From the IMG/VR virus record IMGVR_UViG_3300032805_000001, positions 32,001 to 96,000 of that record: 64,000 bases of DNA; one strand, written 5' to 3'. The stretch comes from a virus. Below, one piece after another: positions 54,169 to 63,888 of this stretch; within the stretch, counting starts at the first letter, position 1, and each line of letters starts with the position of its first letter. The notes below the pieces were generated by a model. The model did not search any database. It worked only from the letters and a program-made list of their open reading frames with translations, and was not told the DNA's origin. A program made the translations under genes and the position numbers.

Positions 54169-54765
54169 ATGACCGCCGACACGGACGAAACCCGGACATG
54201 GAAGCGCCTTGGTGAGCTGCTGACCCGCCGTCGCGTCGCCCTTGACCCCCGCTACCACAATCGCCGCCTGTTCTGCGACGAACGGCAGATCAACTATCGC
54301 CTCGTCTACGACATCGAACTTGCCAAGCGCGCGGACTTTGCCATGGCAACCCTTGCCGCCGTGGCACAGGCTTACGCGGTGACATTCGAGTCCATCCAGC
54401 AGGCATTGGACGGCGGCGAGCTTGAGCCCATCCCCGAGGCCGCCAAGCCGGCCCCCCGCTTCCAGGTCCTCCCCGGCGGCGCCGGACAGGTCCCCGGCGA
54501 GACTGACGCCAGGGACCTGTCCGTGTTCGACGTGCTCGCCGGGCCGATCATCCGCGAGCTGTGGGAAACGATCGAGAAGGCGCGGGCAGCCAATCCTGAC
54601 GCGTCAGGACGGGACATCTTCCCATCCGATCAGACACTCGCGGACATATGGGACATGGGCGGTCAGCATGTGCCCGTGCATCTGCGCCTCAATGATCGTG
54701 AAAGACTCCGGCCGATGGCCGCATATGTCCTGAGCAGGAGGGGTGAGGCAGGCAGGGCAGGCTAG
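54169..54765 (+). CDS. Immunity repressor (cI-like, XRE)
   Basis: WKRLGELLTRRRVAL...DIE...TLAAV; divergent from cro. Confidence 0.75.
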   Translation: MTADTDETRTWKRLGELLTRRRVALDPRYHNRRLFCDERQINYRLVYDIELAKRADFAMATLAAVAQAYAVTFESIQQALDGGELEPIPEAAKPAPRFQVLPGGAGQVPGETDARDLSVFDVLAGPIIRELWETIEKARAANPDASGRDIFPSDQTLADIWDMGGQHVPVHLRLNDRERLRPMAAYVLSRRGEAGRAG

Positions 54766-54872
54766 TAGCCTGGCGATTATGGTCATAACAGTCCGCTCCC
54801 TTGCAAATGCGGTACGTTTCCCGTTAATTAGGGGGTAGTTCCCGCGAAGTCGCAGAACAAGGGGGTTGGGGG

Positions 54873-55346
54873 ATGGACAAACCGGACACAGGTGAGTTTC
54901 GCAGGATGCGAGCCCAGCTCGACGAGGAACGCCGCCGCCGCATCTGGCTAGAAGAACGCCTCACCGGCCTCGCCGAGCTCGTCGGCCTCATCAAAGGCGA
55001 GCAAGGATCAATCTGGGAACGGTTCAGCAGGACTGAAAGCCACGGCCAGGCGCAGGACGCCGCGTGGCGGAGGGCGCTCGGCCTGCCGGAACCGCGCAAG
55101 CCGGGCGACGGGCCGCCACTGCACACGGTCAAGGCCGTCGCCTTGTTCGCCGTGCTGCGGCTGCTCGTGACCCACAAGACGGTCCTGGCACTGGCGATGG
55201 TCACAACGACGGCCTGCATGTCCCCGGCCACCGTCCACGCCTCGCTGCGGGCAGCCCCCGCAGCGCATGCCCACCACGGGAGACGGCCACACCCCGCCCC
55301 GCCGGCCGCCTGCCACCGGCCCGCCCCGCCGGCTGCGGCACTTTGA
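54873..55346 (+). CDS. Hypothetical protein
   Basis: ORF downstream of repressor. Confidence 0.5.
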   Translation: MDKPDTGEFRRMRAQLDEERRRRIWLEERLTGLAELVGLIKGEQGSIWERFSRTESHGQAQDAAWRRALGLPEPRKPGDGPPLHTVKAVALFAVLRLLVTHKTVLALAMVTTTACMSPATVHASLRAAPAAHAHHGRRPHPAPPAACHRPAPPAAAL

Positions 55347-55367
55347 CCGCCACACGCCCCGGACATG

Positions 55368-55412
55368 AAAAGACCTCCGCCCGGCCGGATCATCGACGGC
55401 CGCGCGGAGGTC
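55368..55412 (-). terminator. Terminator hairpin between convergent genes
   Basis: AAAA-GACCTCCGC...GCGGAGGTC. Confidence 0.6.
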
Positions 55413-55420
55413 CCCCAAGC

Positions 55421-56341
55421 CTACGGTTTCCGCGCCACCCCCGCATACACGATGGCCGCGCTCACATCCCGGACTTCCCCGTCCGGCCGCCAGCACCGGG
55501 CCGGCACCAGCCCCGGCTCCACCATGTCCAGGCCCGTGAAATACCCGGCGACATGCTCCCGCGTATGCGGATGCACCCGGACCCGGCCATTCCCCGCCAC
55601 CTGGTTGTACTGCGCCGCGGCGTCCTCACCGGCGATCCCCGCGGAAATCACCACCAGCGACCCGGAAACGATCAGCGACCGGAACACCTCCATCGCCTCC
55701 CGCGCCTCATCCGGTGACACGAAATGCAGCACAAGCGTGAGGATCAGGCACACCGGCCGGCCCGGGTTCATCACCTCCCGGACCCGGCTGTCCCCCCAGA
55801 TGATCCCCGGCGCCCGCAAATCCTGGGTGATCGCCGCCACCCCGGGCGTTTTCGCCGCGGCAAGATCAGCGGCAGTTTCCGCTGTGATCACCGTGTCCAC
55901 GTCGACGTAAACAACCCGGACCATATCGGGGTACGGGCTGGCCGCCCGTGCGATCTCATGCACCATCGGATGCACGGGCGCCCCGGCACCCACGTCAACG
56001 AACCGGGTGTACCCCTCCCCGGCCGCGTAGGCGACAGCACGCTCGACGAACTCGCGGTTCTCGGCCGCTGCGGGCGCGATCCAGGGCAGCCGCCTGCCCA
56101 CCTCGGCTGCCGCTACCCGGTCAGTCTCGAACGCGGGTCCTTTCTTCAGCCACGCGGTGTACATGCGTCCCGGTGCCGGCCCGGAAAGGCCGCTGCCCTC
56201 ATCCCCTTCACCTGCCTGGCCGCTCCACGGGCTGCGCATCACAGGTGTCCCGGACGCGGCGAGCCTGGTACCGAACCTCACCTCAGCGAGACGATGCTCC
56301 AGGCTGGCATGGTTGCGGCTGCCGTTTAACGGCATGTTCAT
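55421..56341 (-). CDS. Actinomycete SAM-dependent methyltransferase (Methyltransf_19-like)
   Basis: PGRMY...DR...NREFVERAV...FVDVGAGAP...VVYVD...VLHFV...EPGLV..WRPD. Confidence 0.88.
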   Translation of the reverse strand: MNMPLNGSRNHASLEHRLAEVRFGTRLAASGTPVMRSPWSGQAGEGDEGSGLSGPAPGRMYTAWLKKGPAFETDRVAAAEVGRRLPWIAPAAAENREFVERAVAYAAGEGYTRFVDVGAGAPVHPMVHEIARAASPYPDMVRVVYVDVDTVITAETAADLAAAKTPGVAAITQDLRAPGIIWGDSRVREVMNPGRPVCLILTLVLHFVSPDEAREAMEVFRSLIVSGSLVVISAGIAGEDAAAQYNQVAGNGRVRVHPHTREHVAGYFTGLDMVEPGLVPARCWRPDGEVRDVSAAIVYAGVARKP

Positions 56342-56652
56342 CCCGATCCCCCCAAGGATTCCGCGAACGTGCGCCTGCCATCACGTTAGCCGCAATTACG
56401 TCCCATGCAATAGAGGTATCCCGCAACCCTGCGTATGCATCCCGTATGCACTGGGTGCCCGGAACATAGAACACCCTCCCACCGCCGGGGGAAGCGATGG
56501 GAGGGTGTTCTCGGTCATCCGCCGGAGAGGCGGTTCCGGGCACGCGACCCGACGGGGGCGCGGGACGCGTGTTCGCAACACTTCCCACGGTGAGGGAATG
56601 ATCCCATTCTGTCAAGCGAGACGCCAAAACGGGAAGACAGTCAGCAGGGCGG

Positions 56653-56853
56653 TCATTCCTCCAGTCCGAGCCGGCAACCGCCGATGTACTCCGCGTCGCG
56701 CGGGTCACCGTCCGGGAAATAACCTTCGTCGTCGCCCCCCGGAAGCGCCCCGGCCAGTCCGCAGGCGCAGCACTTGCCACCTTCCCGCCAGTGACCACAG
56801 TGATAGCCGTCGCTGGTCTCCGGGCAAATATCCTCCGGTTCGGGAATGCTCAC
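56653..56853 (-). CDS. Small Cys-rich protein
   Basis: Coupled; C...HC..W...CC.CG. Confidence 0.5.
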   Translation of the reverse strand: MSIPEPEDICPETSDGYHCGHWREGGKCCACGLAGALPGGDDEGYFPDGDPRDAEYIGGCRLGLEE

Positions 56854-57029
56854 TTCGCCGCCTCCGGGATCTGCCGCCGCAAGTCCCTCACCTCTAGGGC
56901 CTTGGCCGACTGGCGGTCGTCCAGAATCCGGTACTCCCGGTACGCGGCCCGGGTTTCTTCGGCCATGACATCAAGCTCCGCCTCGGCCGCCGCAAGGCTG
57001 GCCTTGAGGCCGGTCAGCGTGTCGTTCAC
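56850..57029 (-). CDS. Small coiled-coil protein
   Basis: GAGGAG RBS, GTGA coupling. Confidence 0.55.
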   Translation of the reverse strand: MNDTLTGLKASLAAAEAELDVMAEETRAAYREYRILDDRQSAKALEVRDLRRQIPEAAK

Positions 57030-57223
57030 TTCTGCTCCTCGGGGTTCTCGCTGTTCTCGATAGCACGCCGGTAGTACTTCACGGCTGCAATCACGACCTT
57101 GCGAACGTTCAGGCCGGTCTTCTCGGCGTAGGCGCGGATCCAGGCGTCGTCGTCGGCGTTGTCCAGGCGTATCCCGCCAAGAGTCTTCAGTGTGTGCCGG
57201 TCGGCGCTGCGATCCTTGGTCAC
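57026..57223 (-). CDS. Ribbon-helix-helix-like regulator
   Basis: GIRL...AYAEKTGLNVRKVVIAAVKYY. Confidence 0.6.
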   Translation of the reverse strand: MTKDRSADRHTLKTLGGIRLDNADDDAWIRAYAEKTGLNVRKVVIAAVKYYRRAIENSENPEEQK

Positions 57224-57624
57224 AGTCGCCCGCGATCAAGTGCCGGGAAGGTGCTGGCGACCTCAGCCAGCGCCTCGATCTGCTCAAGGGTGACACGCTG
57301 GGAATAGTCGATCGACACGCCAGCCGTAAAGAGAATCTTCTCGGCCGCCTTCCGGCGCTGGTCGAGCTCGAACTGCTCAAACGTCCGCACATATGACCCG
57401 TAGTGGCTGGTGGAGCCGCGCTCGTTGCCGGTTTCCATGTCGAACTCAATCGTGCAGTGGTCGCGCACTTCATTGCCGCGCCAATCGCGGCGCGTTTTCT
57501 CGTAGGTGACGGTCGCGTACTTGCGGCCGACCTTGGTCACGGCACCGCGGTAGTTCTCCTCTGGGCTCTCCGGGTAACGCATCCGACACAGGATGAGTAC
57601 CTCGTCACCGATCTTGAGGTTCAT
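57220..57624 (-). CDS. Hypothetical phage protein (SH3-like N-terminus)
   Basis: LKIGDEV...VTKVGRKYATV. Confidence 0.7.
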   Translation of the reverse strand: MNLKIGDEVLILCRMRYPESPEENYRGAVTKVGRKYATVTYEKTRRDWRGNEVRDHCTIEFDMETGNERGSTSHYGSYVRTFEQFELDQRRKAAEKILFTAGVSIDYSQRVTLEQIEALAEVASTFPALDRGRL

Positions 57625-57656
57625 TGGGCCCCGTTTCTCGCGGTGGTGTTTTTCAG

Positions 57657-57685
57657 AGCGTATAAGGGTGGAGTTCCACCGTCAA
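57657..57685 (-). promoter_or_regulatory. Sigma70-type promoter with palindromic operator
   Basis: TTGACG-17 nt-TACGCT; GGTGGA-AC-TCCACC in spacer. Confidence 0.75.
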
Positions 57686-57887
57686 GGCCCCCACCCGTGA
57701 TCCCCGGCAGCCGCAGGTCAGCCGTCCCGCGCCTCCGCGAGCCCGGCCCGGATCAGCGCGTTCACCTCGGCGACTTCCTCCGCATACGCGAGTTCATCAT
57801 CAGCCGGCGTTTCGTCATCATTCATCCCCTGAGCGTCACCTCAGATGCCGGCGACGGCAAGGGACGTTCAGACTGCCACCCCGATGA

Positions 57888-58100
57888 CTATTGCCACCAG
57901 CGGGCGGCCGGCCGTGCCGCATCCCGGGCCGCCAGCCGCCCGTTGTGCGCCGCGCACGCCTCCGCAGCCAGCTCCGGTGTATCCATCACCCCGATCAGGA
58001 CGTCATCATCGCTGATGTCGTCGCCGATCTGCGCGTACACCATGCGCCCGGTGTGACCCACACGCCACGGGAAGGTTGCGAGACGGATGTCAGTAGTCAT
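57888..58100 (-). CDS. Hypothetical phage protein
   Basis: WRVGH.GRMVYAQ...IGVMDTPELA. Confidence 0.65.
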   Translation of the reverse strand: MTTDIRLATFPWRVGHTGRMVYAQIGDDISDDDVLIGVMDTPELAAEACAAHNGRLAARDAARPAARWWQ

Positions 58101-58362
58101 GGGTACATAATGGCGTTATCGCCCTGTCACGGAAAGCAGCGAGAGGGCGCCGGACCCCGAGACGCCGGCGCCCCCTCGCAGTGGCCGCCTCAACGGTTAA
58201 GCGGAGGCCGGAGGCAGCCACGACTGGCGGGGAACGCGTCCGCCGGGCCCGCGGGATATTCCGGGTGCGCTCCCGTAAGCCAAGGGTATTGGATCACCTG
58301 CCCGCGCCCGCATCATGCCCGCTGCTCTTGCCGGGCTCGGCCCGCTCAGGGACGATCAGGGC

Positions 58363-58590
58363 ATGGTCGCTGCGATCCTCGTACCGCTCGGGTTAATCAT
58401 CATCGTCCGGCTCGTCTGGCCGAAAGCCAACCCGGGGGCGAAGCTCGCAGCTATTGGCGGGGTCCTGTTCGCCCTGTGGGCGTGTATCGCGGTCGCGAGC
58501 CTGCATGCTGCCGGTGTCGTCGCTGCGGGTGTCGCTGACGGGATCACCGGGTTCATCCACGGGCTCGTGGGGCTCCTTGATCACCTGTGA
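58363..58590 (+). CDS. Small membrane protein
   Basis: Largely hydrophobic 75 aa. Confidence 0.55.
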   Translation: MVAAILVPLGLIIIVRLVWPKANPGAKLAAIGGVLFALWACIAVASLHAAGVVAAGVADGITGFIHGLVGLLDHL

Positions 58591-58906
58591 CCGGCACATC
58601 CCGCCGCAGCAGGTCAAGCTCACCTTGCAGGTAGGCGATGCGGCCCCGCCGTCTCCGCTCAGCAACTGCGGGACTGCCATCTGCGGCCAGTTGGAGTACC
58701 CCCTGTAGATGCTTGTGGAGTAAACGCAAGTCGGTCAAGATCTTCGGGTTTTCTGCCGCCCTGACGCCGAGTTCTTCCTTCTAAAGCAACTCTGCGAACG
58801 CAGACAGGAGGAGTTCGGCAAGCGCAAACGCGGGTTCACCAAGGCATCCAGGCCCACATCGAGGCGCCGATCACCTGGCAGGGAGGAACGGGAGGAGGCC
58901 GCAGCG

Positions 58907-59224
58907 ATGCGGGACGCGATCAGCGAGCACGCCTATCAGGCCATGCAGACCGCGCCGCCCGGCGCGCAGAACAACCCAATGTTCTGGCGGGCGTCGAAGG
59001 TGGAAGCGCTGATCGGTGAACTGTCTGCCATCAGTCCCGAGGTAGCGGCCGGCCAGCTCCTCGACCCGGCGTTCCGGTACTTCACTGGCTACAGCCGGGA
59101 ATGGTGGTCCCGGTTTACCGAAGCCTGCGAGAAGCGGCTAGCCGAGGAGAGGCCCGATCTGGAGCCGGTCAGGCGCAAACCGGGCCGCGCGCCGTGGGCC
59201 GAAAGCGGACTGAACAGCCGGTAA
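58907..59224 (+). CDS. Hypothetical protein
   Basis: GGAGGAGG RBS. Confidence 0.6.
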   Translation: MRDAISEHAYQAMQTAPPGAQNNPMFWRASKVEALIGELSAISPEVAAGQLLDPAFRYFTGYSREWWSRFTEACEKRLAEERPDLEPVRRKPGRAPWAESGLNSR

Positions 59225-59484
59225 TGGGCTTACGAGCATGGTGGCGGCGACGGCTCATCGTGGCCTGGACTACGCCGAAGCCGCACCGTGATGGGCGCCC
59301 GGCAACACTCCCCGCCGTCCGCGTGACAGTCGGCGACCTGTGCCCCTGCGGCAACGGGAGCGTCCGCCGCACCTACTCAAGTCAGCATGGGGCGTTTCTC
59401 GGATGCACCAACTACCCGAGGTGCCGTCGCGCGTGGCTGCCTGATGGCAGTCGCCTGGCTGTATGGCAGTGGCGAGGCGTGTAG
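59224..59484 (+). CDS. Topoisomerase C4 Zn-finger-like protein
   Basis: CPCG...GAFLGCTNYPRC. Confidence 0.65.
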   Translation: MGLRAWWRRRLIVAWTTPKPHRDGRPATLPAVRVTVGDLCPCGNGSVRRTYSSQHGAFLGCTNYPRCRRAWLPDGSRLAVWQWRGV

Positions 59485-59488
59485 CAGC

Positions 59489-59527
59489 AAAAAGACGGCC
59501 CGGGGTTTCAAGTCCCGGGCCGTCTTT
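59489..59527. terminator. Bidirectional terminator
   Basis: AAAGACGGCCCGGG...CCCGGGCCGTCTTT between convergent genes. Confidence 0.85.
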
Positions 59528-59538
59528 GCGTGTACGGC

Positions 59539-60288
59539 CTAACTCTTCTCGCCCTCGCTGCGGACCACGTAGTCGTACCCGAGCACCTGATCTGGCGGCA
59601 TGCACCACTCCCCGTACAGGATGACGCCTTGCTGATCACTCCAGATGTGCGTGCCAGCCAGGATCGGGGAGCCGACGGGCAGCCTCAGCGCCCCCGCCTC
59701 CCGCGCGTCGGACGCCCGGCCCCGCACATAGTCCCTGCCGTGGGTGACGCGCCGCTTTGTCGCCCGCTCAATCATCGTGATCGCTCCCCCGGGGATCGGT
59801 GCCCGCTCAAGCAGGTCCGGCGCGACCATCCGGCTTGACTCGGGAATCCAGTCCACGGACAGCGCCCGCGGCCTGCCGCCGTGATGGGAGACCTCCTCGC
59901 GGCGGATGATCTGCGTTCCCGGTTCGATGCCGAGCACGTCCGCGACATAGGGGGGGGCGCTCACGATGTCCACTTCGGTAACGACGATCGTCTCCCCGTT
60001 ACTGCCGGCACGGTGCATCGGCGACGTTGACACCCGGTCTTTCGGTGTCCGGCTGGTGCCGTGCGGGTCGGACACGAAACTGCCCTGCGGGGACGTGTAG
60101 ATCAGGCCCTCGACCTGAAGGAGCCCGATCGCTTTCGCGGCCGTGGATGGGGCGACGCTCCACTGGCTGGCGATAGCGGAGATCGCGGGCAGCCGGTCAC
60201 CGACGCTGAGCCGACCGCCCACAATCTCGGATCGATAGAAGCCCGCGATCTGGGCATATGGCGGGGCGGGTCGTTCGGCTGGCGGCAT
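59539..60288 (-). CDS. GntR/HutC (UTRA) repressor, KorA/TraR-like
   Basis: PPYAQIA...GDRLPAI...L..EGL...GSFV plus UTRA domain. Confidence 0.9.
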   Translation of the reverse strand: MPPAERPAPPYAQIAGFYRSEIVGGRLSVGDRLPAISAIASQWSVAPSTAAKAIGLLQVEGLIYTSPQGSFVSDPHGTSRTPKDRVSTSPMHRAGSNGETIVVTEVDIVSAPPYVADVLGIEPGTQIIRREEVSHHGGRPRALSVDWIPESSRMVAPDLLERAPIPGGAITMIERATKRRVTHGRDYVRGRASDAREAGALRLPVGSPILAGTHIWSDQQGVILYGEWCMPPDQVLGYDYVVRSEGEKS

Positions 60289-60307
60289 CCGGGGATCTCC
60301 CTGTCGT

Positions 60308-60399
60308 GTGCTAGCGGACGGGTGTCCAACCCAACCGTCCGTCTTTCAGTAAGCGTATGCCAGTAGACGTTGACTCTCGCGTACTAGCGGACGTACTCT
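60308..60399 (+). promoter_or_regulatory. Promoter with duplicated operator
   Basis: TTGACT-18 nt-TACTCT; GT(G/A)CTAGCGGACG at 60308 and 60381. Confidence 0.7.
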
Positions 60400-60447
60400 C
60401 AGCGGAGACGCTGGAATCCCCGGCGGTTCCACGGAAGGACGGCGAAC

Positions 60448-60759
60448 ATGACGGCTCCCGCCACTGGCACCCGGAAACCCCGGCCACGTCGCCGGATTCC
60501 CGGGCGTCCCGACGGGGACCGCCTAGTCCCGTTCTCTGCGGCATCCGAGCGCTTGGGCCGCTCCACGGACACGCTGCGCGAATGGCACGACGAAGGAAAC
60601 CTTCCCGCCGTTGTGACACCGGGCAGCCAGTGGATGACGTTCGAGTCGTTCATTGCCTCGGTGCTCGCGTCGGCCCGCCCGGGTAAGCCGGGCGACATTG
60701 CCGCTCTTGCCCGCGCATGGTTCGCGGCGCACCCCGCCATGGAAGGAGTGGTTGCCTGA
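60448..60759 (+). CDS. Excisionase-like HTH protein
   Basis: AASERLGRSTDTLREW...GNLPA..TPG.QW. Confidence 0.65.
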   Translation: MTAPATGTRKPRPRRRIPGRPDGDRLVPFSAASERLGRSTDTLREWHDEGNLPAVVTPGSQWMTFESFIASVLASARPGKPGDIAALARAWFAAHPAMEGVVA

Positions 60760-60852
60760 TGGCCCGCTCGGCGGCAAAAGAGAACGGCCCCAAGGCGCTG
60801 AGGACACCTGGAGCCGTTGAACAGGATCGCCCCCCTGAAAGGACCCATCCTG

Positions 60853-61152
60853 ATGGCCAGAAACGTAGCACGCACCCAGGTCGTCCATGTGGACGACACG
60901 CCGGCCGCCGGCTACGGCCGCCGTCTCGGCCGGCAAGCCGCCGCGATGGGCCCGGCCACCGACCGCCGTCCCGTGTCCAGGCCCATGGAACAGTCCTGGG
61001 TCCGCGCGCGGGAGATCGCCAAGACCCTCCACGGCAGCCTCACCCCGTCCGTGCGGCAGGCCTACGCCACATCAGGCGACCCGATGGACCAGATGATCAC
61101 CGAGGCGCTCGGGGAACTGGACGAACAGCGCCACTTGGCGGCCGTCCGGTGA
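60853..61152 (+). CDS. Hypothetical protein
   Basis: GAAAGGA RBS. Confidence 0.6.
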   Translation: MARNVARTQVVHVDDTPAAGYGRRLGRQAAAMGPATDRRPVSRPMEQSWVRAREIAKTLHGSLTPSVRQAYATSGDPMDQMITEALGELDEQRHLAAVR

Positions 61153-61409
61153 GCGCCCCGCCTTTCCTGGGCCAGCCCGGCTACGAAGACGACGACCCGC
61201 AGCCCGACCTGACCATGGTCATCCTGCACGAGGCCCTCGACCTGCTCGCGACCGCCGCGCTCGCCGCCGAGACAGACGAGGCGGCCCGGGTGCACGGGCT
61301 GCTCGGCGAGGTCGAGACGGTCGCGTTCGGGTTCGCCGCGGACTCCGCCGAAGCGAACGGGCTAAACCTTCTCACCGGCGCGATCCGGCGCAGGGCGGAA
61401 GCGGCGTGA
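61149..61409 (+). CDS. Hypothetical protein
   Basis: GTGA coupling at both ends. Confidence 0.6.
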   Translation: MSAPPFLGQPGYEDDDPQPDLTMVILHEALDLLATAALAAETDEAARVHGLLGEVETVAFGFAADSAEANGLNLLTGAIRRRAEAA

Positions 61410-61612
61410 ACTCGATCATCCCTCCCGCCATAGCCCCTTTCATGAACTGGCTGGGGACGCAGATCGCCGCGATGCGAACCGTCATCGGTGCCCTGATCAC
61501 AGGCGCTTCGATGCCGGCCCGGCAGACGCTGCTCTACACGTTCGTCCTGATTGTCATCCTGTACTTCCTCGTCAGGATCTTTACCCGCAAGAAGAAGCCA
61601 AAGAAGACGTAA
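61406..61612 (+). CDS. Small membrane protein with basic tail
   Basis: TM then RKKKPKK. Confidence 0.65.
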   Translation: MNSIIPPAIAPFMNWLGTQIAAMRTVIGALITGASMPARQTLLYTFVLIVILYFLVRIFTRKKKPKKT

Positions 61613-61666
61613 CCCCCCAACCCCAGTACCGCACGGTGCCGGGCCCATCACCGAAGGAAACAGCCC

Positions 61667-61813
61667 ATGAACTCCGCCCATGTTCTCGCCGCGACTTCCC
61701 CGTCCGTTCACATGCCGCAGCCGATGGCCGCCGCCATCGCGATCACGTTCCTCGTCCTCTTCGTCTTCCTCGTCCTCAGGGGGCTCGCCAGCTTCGGCAA
61801 GTCCAGCCGGTAA
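61667..61813 (+). CDS. 48-aa single-TM protein (not in ORF track)
   Basis: GAAGGA RBS; ...AIAITFLVLFVFLVLRG..K..R. Confidence 0.65.
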   Translation: MNSAHVLAATSPSVHMPQPMAAAIAITFLVLFVFLVLRGLASFGKSSR

Positions 61814-61861
61814 GCAAGCCGCCGTCCAAGCGGGCCACCGTCATCGAAGGAGAAATCACCC

Positions 61862-62041
61862 ATGAGCTTCGCTCACATCATCACCGACCCGGCCGTCCAT
61901 CAGGCGGCCAGTAACACCTGGGACGCCTACGACACCAAGACCGCCGGGCAGGCCGGCATCTTCGCCGGATGCGTCGCCGGTTTCCTGCTCCTGGTCAAGA
62001 TCGTCAGGGCCGCTGGCCGTAAGCCCGCCACCAGCAACTAG
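61862..62041 (+). CDS. 59-aa single-TM protein (not in ORF track)
   Basis: AAGGAG RBS; ...GIFAGCVAGFLLLVKIVRAAGRK. Confidence 0.7.
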   Translation: MSFAHIITDPAVHQAASNTWDAYDTKTAGQAGIFAGCVAGFLLLVKIVRAAGRKPATSN

Positions 62042-62115
62042 GCCGGGGGTCCGGCAAGGCGCCCATTCCACGCCGGGCCCCCGCAAGATCCACTTCAGCC
62101 AAAAGGGAGCAGATC

Positions 62116-62391
62116 GTGTCTGCATTCAACCACCCGGCCACGAGGAAAACCCTCGCCGCCCTGGGTGGTACCGCCGCAGTCGTCGCCGTCTGCCTGATCG
62201 CCGGTGCTGTTTCCCGGCTCGCCGGCGGCGGGACAGGTGTAGCGGTCATCGTGGCCACGTTCGCGGGCTGCTGGATCGTCTTCAGCCCCCGGCCCCGCCG
62301 GCATCCCGCAACACCGCGGCGTCGCAGCCGGGGCCGCGACCCCCAGATCACCGTGACCGAAAGCCAGGAACCGGCGCAACTCGCCGCATGA
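62116..62391 (+). CDS. Two-TM membrane protein
   Basis: AAGGGAG RBS; two TM then Arg-rich. Confidence 0.65.
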   Translation: MSAFNHPATRKTLAALGGTAAVVAVCLIAGAVSRLAGGGTGVAVIVATFAGCWIVFSPRPRRHPATPRRRSRGRDPQITVTESQEPAQLAA

Positions 62392-63308
62392 CCACGGAAT
62401 CCGCTAAAACGATCTTCAAAGGGACCACGATGCCCGGCATGACAAAGCACCGCACCACCGAACGGCACGCCAGCAAGACGCGCCGCGACCACCTGTGGGT
62501 ACTAGCCGTCATCGCCGCCTTCGCCCTGTACGACGTATGGGGAGGCTGGACACATATCGGCAATGAGTCCGGTTTCCCGCACGGCACCGGATGGACCCTC
62601 ACAGTAATCGTGGAAGTCTACTGGGGCTACGCCCTTTACGCATGGCTCGCCGCCGCCCCCGGCCCCCGCTCCCGCAAATTCGCCATGTGGTCCGCAGGGG
62701 GAGTATTTATCCTCAGCCTCGCCGGCCAGGCCGCCGCGCATTTGGCCGCACACAAAATGCCCCCAGTCGGGGTAGTGGTATTCGTCAGCGCACTCCCGGT
62801 TATTGTGCTCGCGCTCATCGCCATTCTCGTTCACCTGCGTCACATCGACCGGGCAGAGATGGCTGAGGGGGAAACAGAATCGGCCGGGCAGGCGGAACTC
62901 GCTGCGGTACGGGCCGAGCTGAGCGAGGCGCGGGAAGCGGCCAAGGTCATGCAAGCCGGCTTGGATGCGGCCCGCGCCGAGACCGCCGAGGCGGTAGCGA
63001 AGGCGGAAGTACTCGCGCGGAAGCCGGCCGGTACCGCAAAACCCAAGGGGGCTCAGCGCGGTACCCGGAAGCAGGGCCGGGGGAGCGGTACCGCCGCCGC
63101 TAACGCGGAGCGCACGTTCGATGAGTTGCTAGCCGACGCCCGCGCCTACCGCGCCGAGCTCGCCACAGCAGGCAAGGGGGAGAGGCCGACGAAGGAGCGG
63201 CTGCGGCTCCGCTTCGGAGTAAGCAGCGGCACGGCTCTCGCGGTCTGCCGGGCACTCAAGGATGACGAGCCCATCGAGGCTCCGGAAGCGCCCGGGGCGG
63301 TGGGCTGA
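62388..63308 (+). CDS. SpdB2/DUF2637-like spread protein
   Basis: Four TM helices, coiled coil, C-terminal HTH (ERLRLRFGVSSGTA). Confidence 0.7.
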   Translation: MTTESAKTIFKGTTMPGMTKHRTTERHASKTRRDHLWVLAVIAAFALYDVWGGWTHIGNESGFPHGTGWTLTVIVEVYWGYALYAWLAAAPGPRSRKFAMWSAGGVFILSLAGQAAAHLAAHKMPPVGVVVFVSALPVIVLALIAILVHLRHIDRAEMAEGETESAGQAELAAVRAELSEAREAAKVMQAGLDAARAETAEAVAKAEVLARKPAGTAKPKGAQRGTRKQGRGSGTAAANAERTFDELLADARAYRAELATAGKGERPTKERLRLRFGVSSGTALAVCRALKDDEPIEAPEAPGAVG

Positions 63309-63559
63309 GATGACCCTCCCGTCCCGGTGTCCGGGCGGCGGTTCGCGGGGCCGCATGCCCGGCCTCCACGGGACCTCTCACAGGCACTGGAATCGGGGGG
63401 AAATTCCTGAGATTTCTTCCGCCCCCCATGCGGTGGCCTGTCAGGCGACCCCACTCCCCCGGGAGATGACCCCCTTCTGGCGGCGGCCCCGGCCTTGGGT
63501 GTCACCCGCCGGCCCGACGTGCGCGCGTGATTTTACTACTTCTGAAAGGTGGTCTCGCC

Positions 63560-63865
63560 ATGCACGTTAACGTCACACCCGCTTCGCGGAAGCGCCAGTG
63601 GCACATCGACAAGGTAAACAACGCCACCACTCCAGCGGATCAGATGGATTGCGCGATCTCCTGGGCGCGTGCCGAGCTGGCCCAGTGTGCGTCAGCAAGA
63701 CCGGAGGACGCTCCCGGCCTGCGCCGCCAGCTCGCTCACATGATCGCGATGTTCGCAGCGGACATTCACCGCGTTCACCCCGCGCCCGAATTCAGGGATT
63801 CGCTCCCACCTCTGCCCGGTGGCGGGTGGGCACCTAAGCCTCGCAGTGACGCCCGGCACCCCTGA
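63560..63865 (+). CDS. Hypothetical protein
   Basis: GAAAGGTGG RBS. Confidence 0.6.
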   Translation: MHVNVTPASRKRQWHIDKVNNATTPADQMDCAISWARAELAQCASARPEDAPGLRRQLAHMIAMFAADIHRVHPAPEFRDSLPPLPGGGWAPKPRSDARHP

Positions 63866-63888
63866 GAAGACTGGAGACGAAGACGGCC

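Noticed and set aside
54169-56341. Start of host chromosome after the repressor
   Set aside because: Phage-type small genes continue to about 59.5 kb and no att duplication or core gene was found.
61406-62041. Filamentous-phage (inovirus) coat proteins
   Set aside because: Size and charge pattern are similar, but no Zot-like ATPase or rolling-circle Rep is in the window and the GntR/Spd context explains them better.
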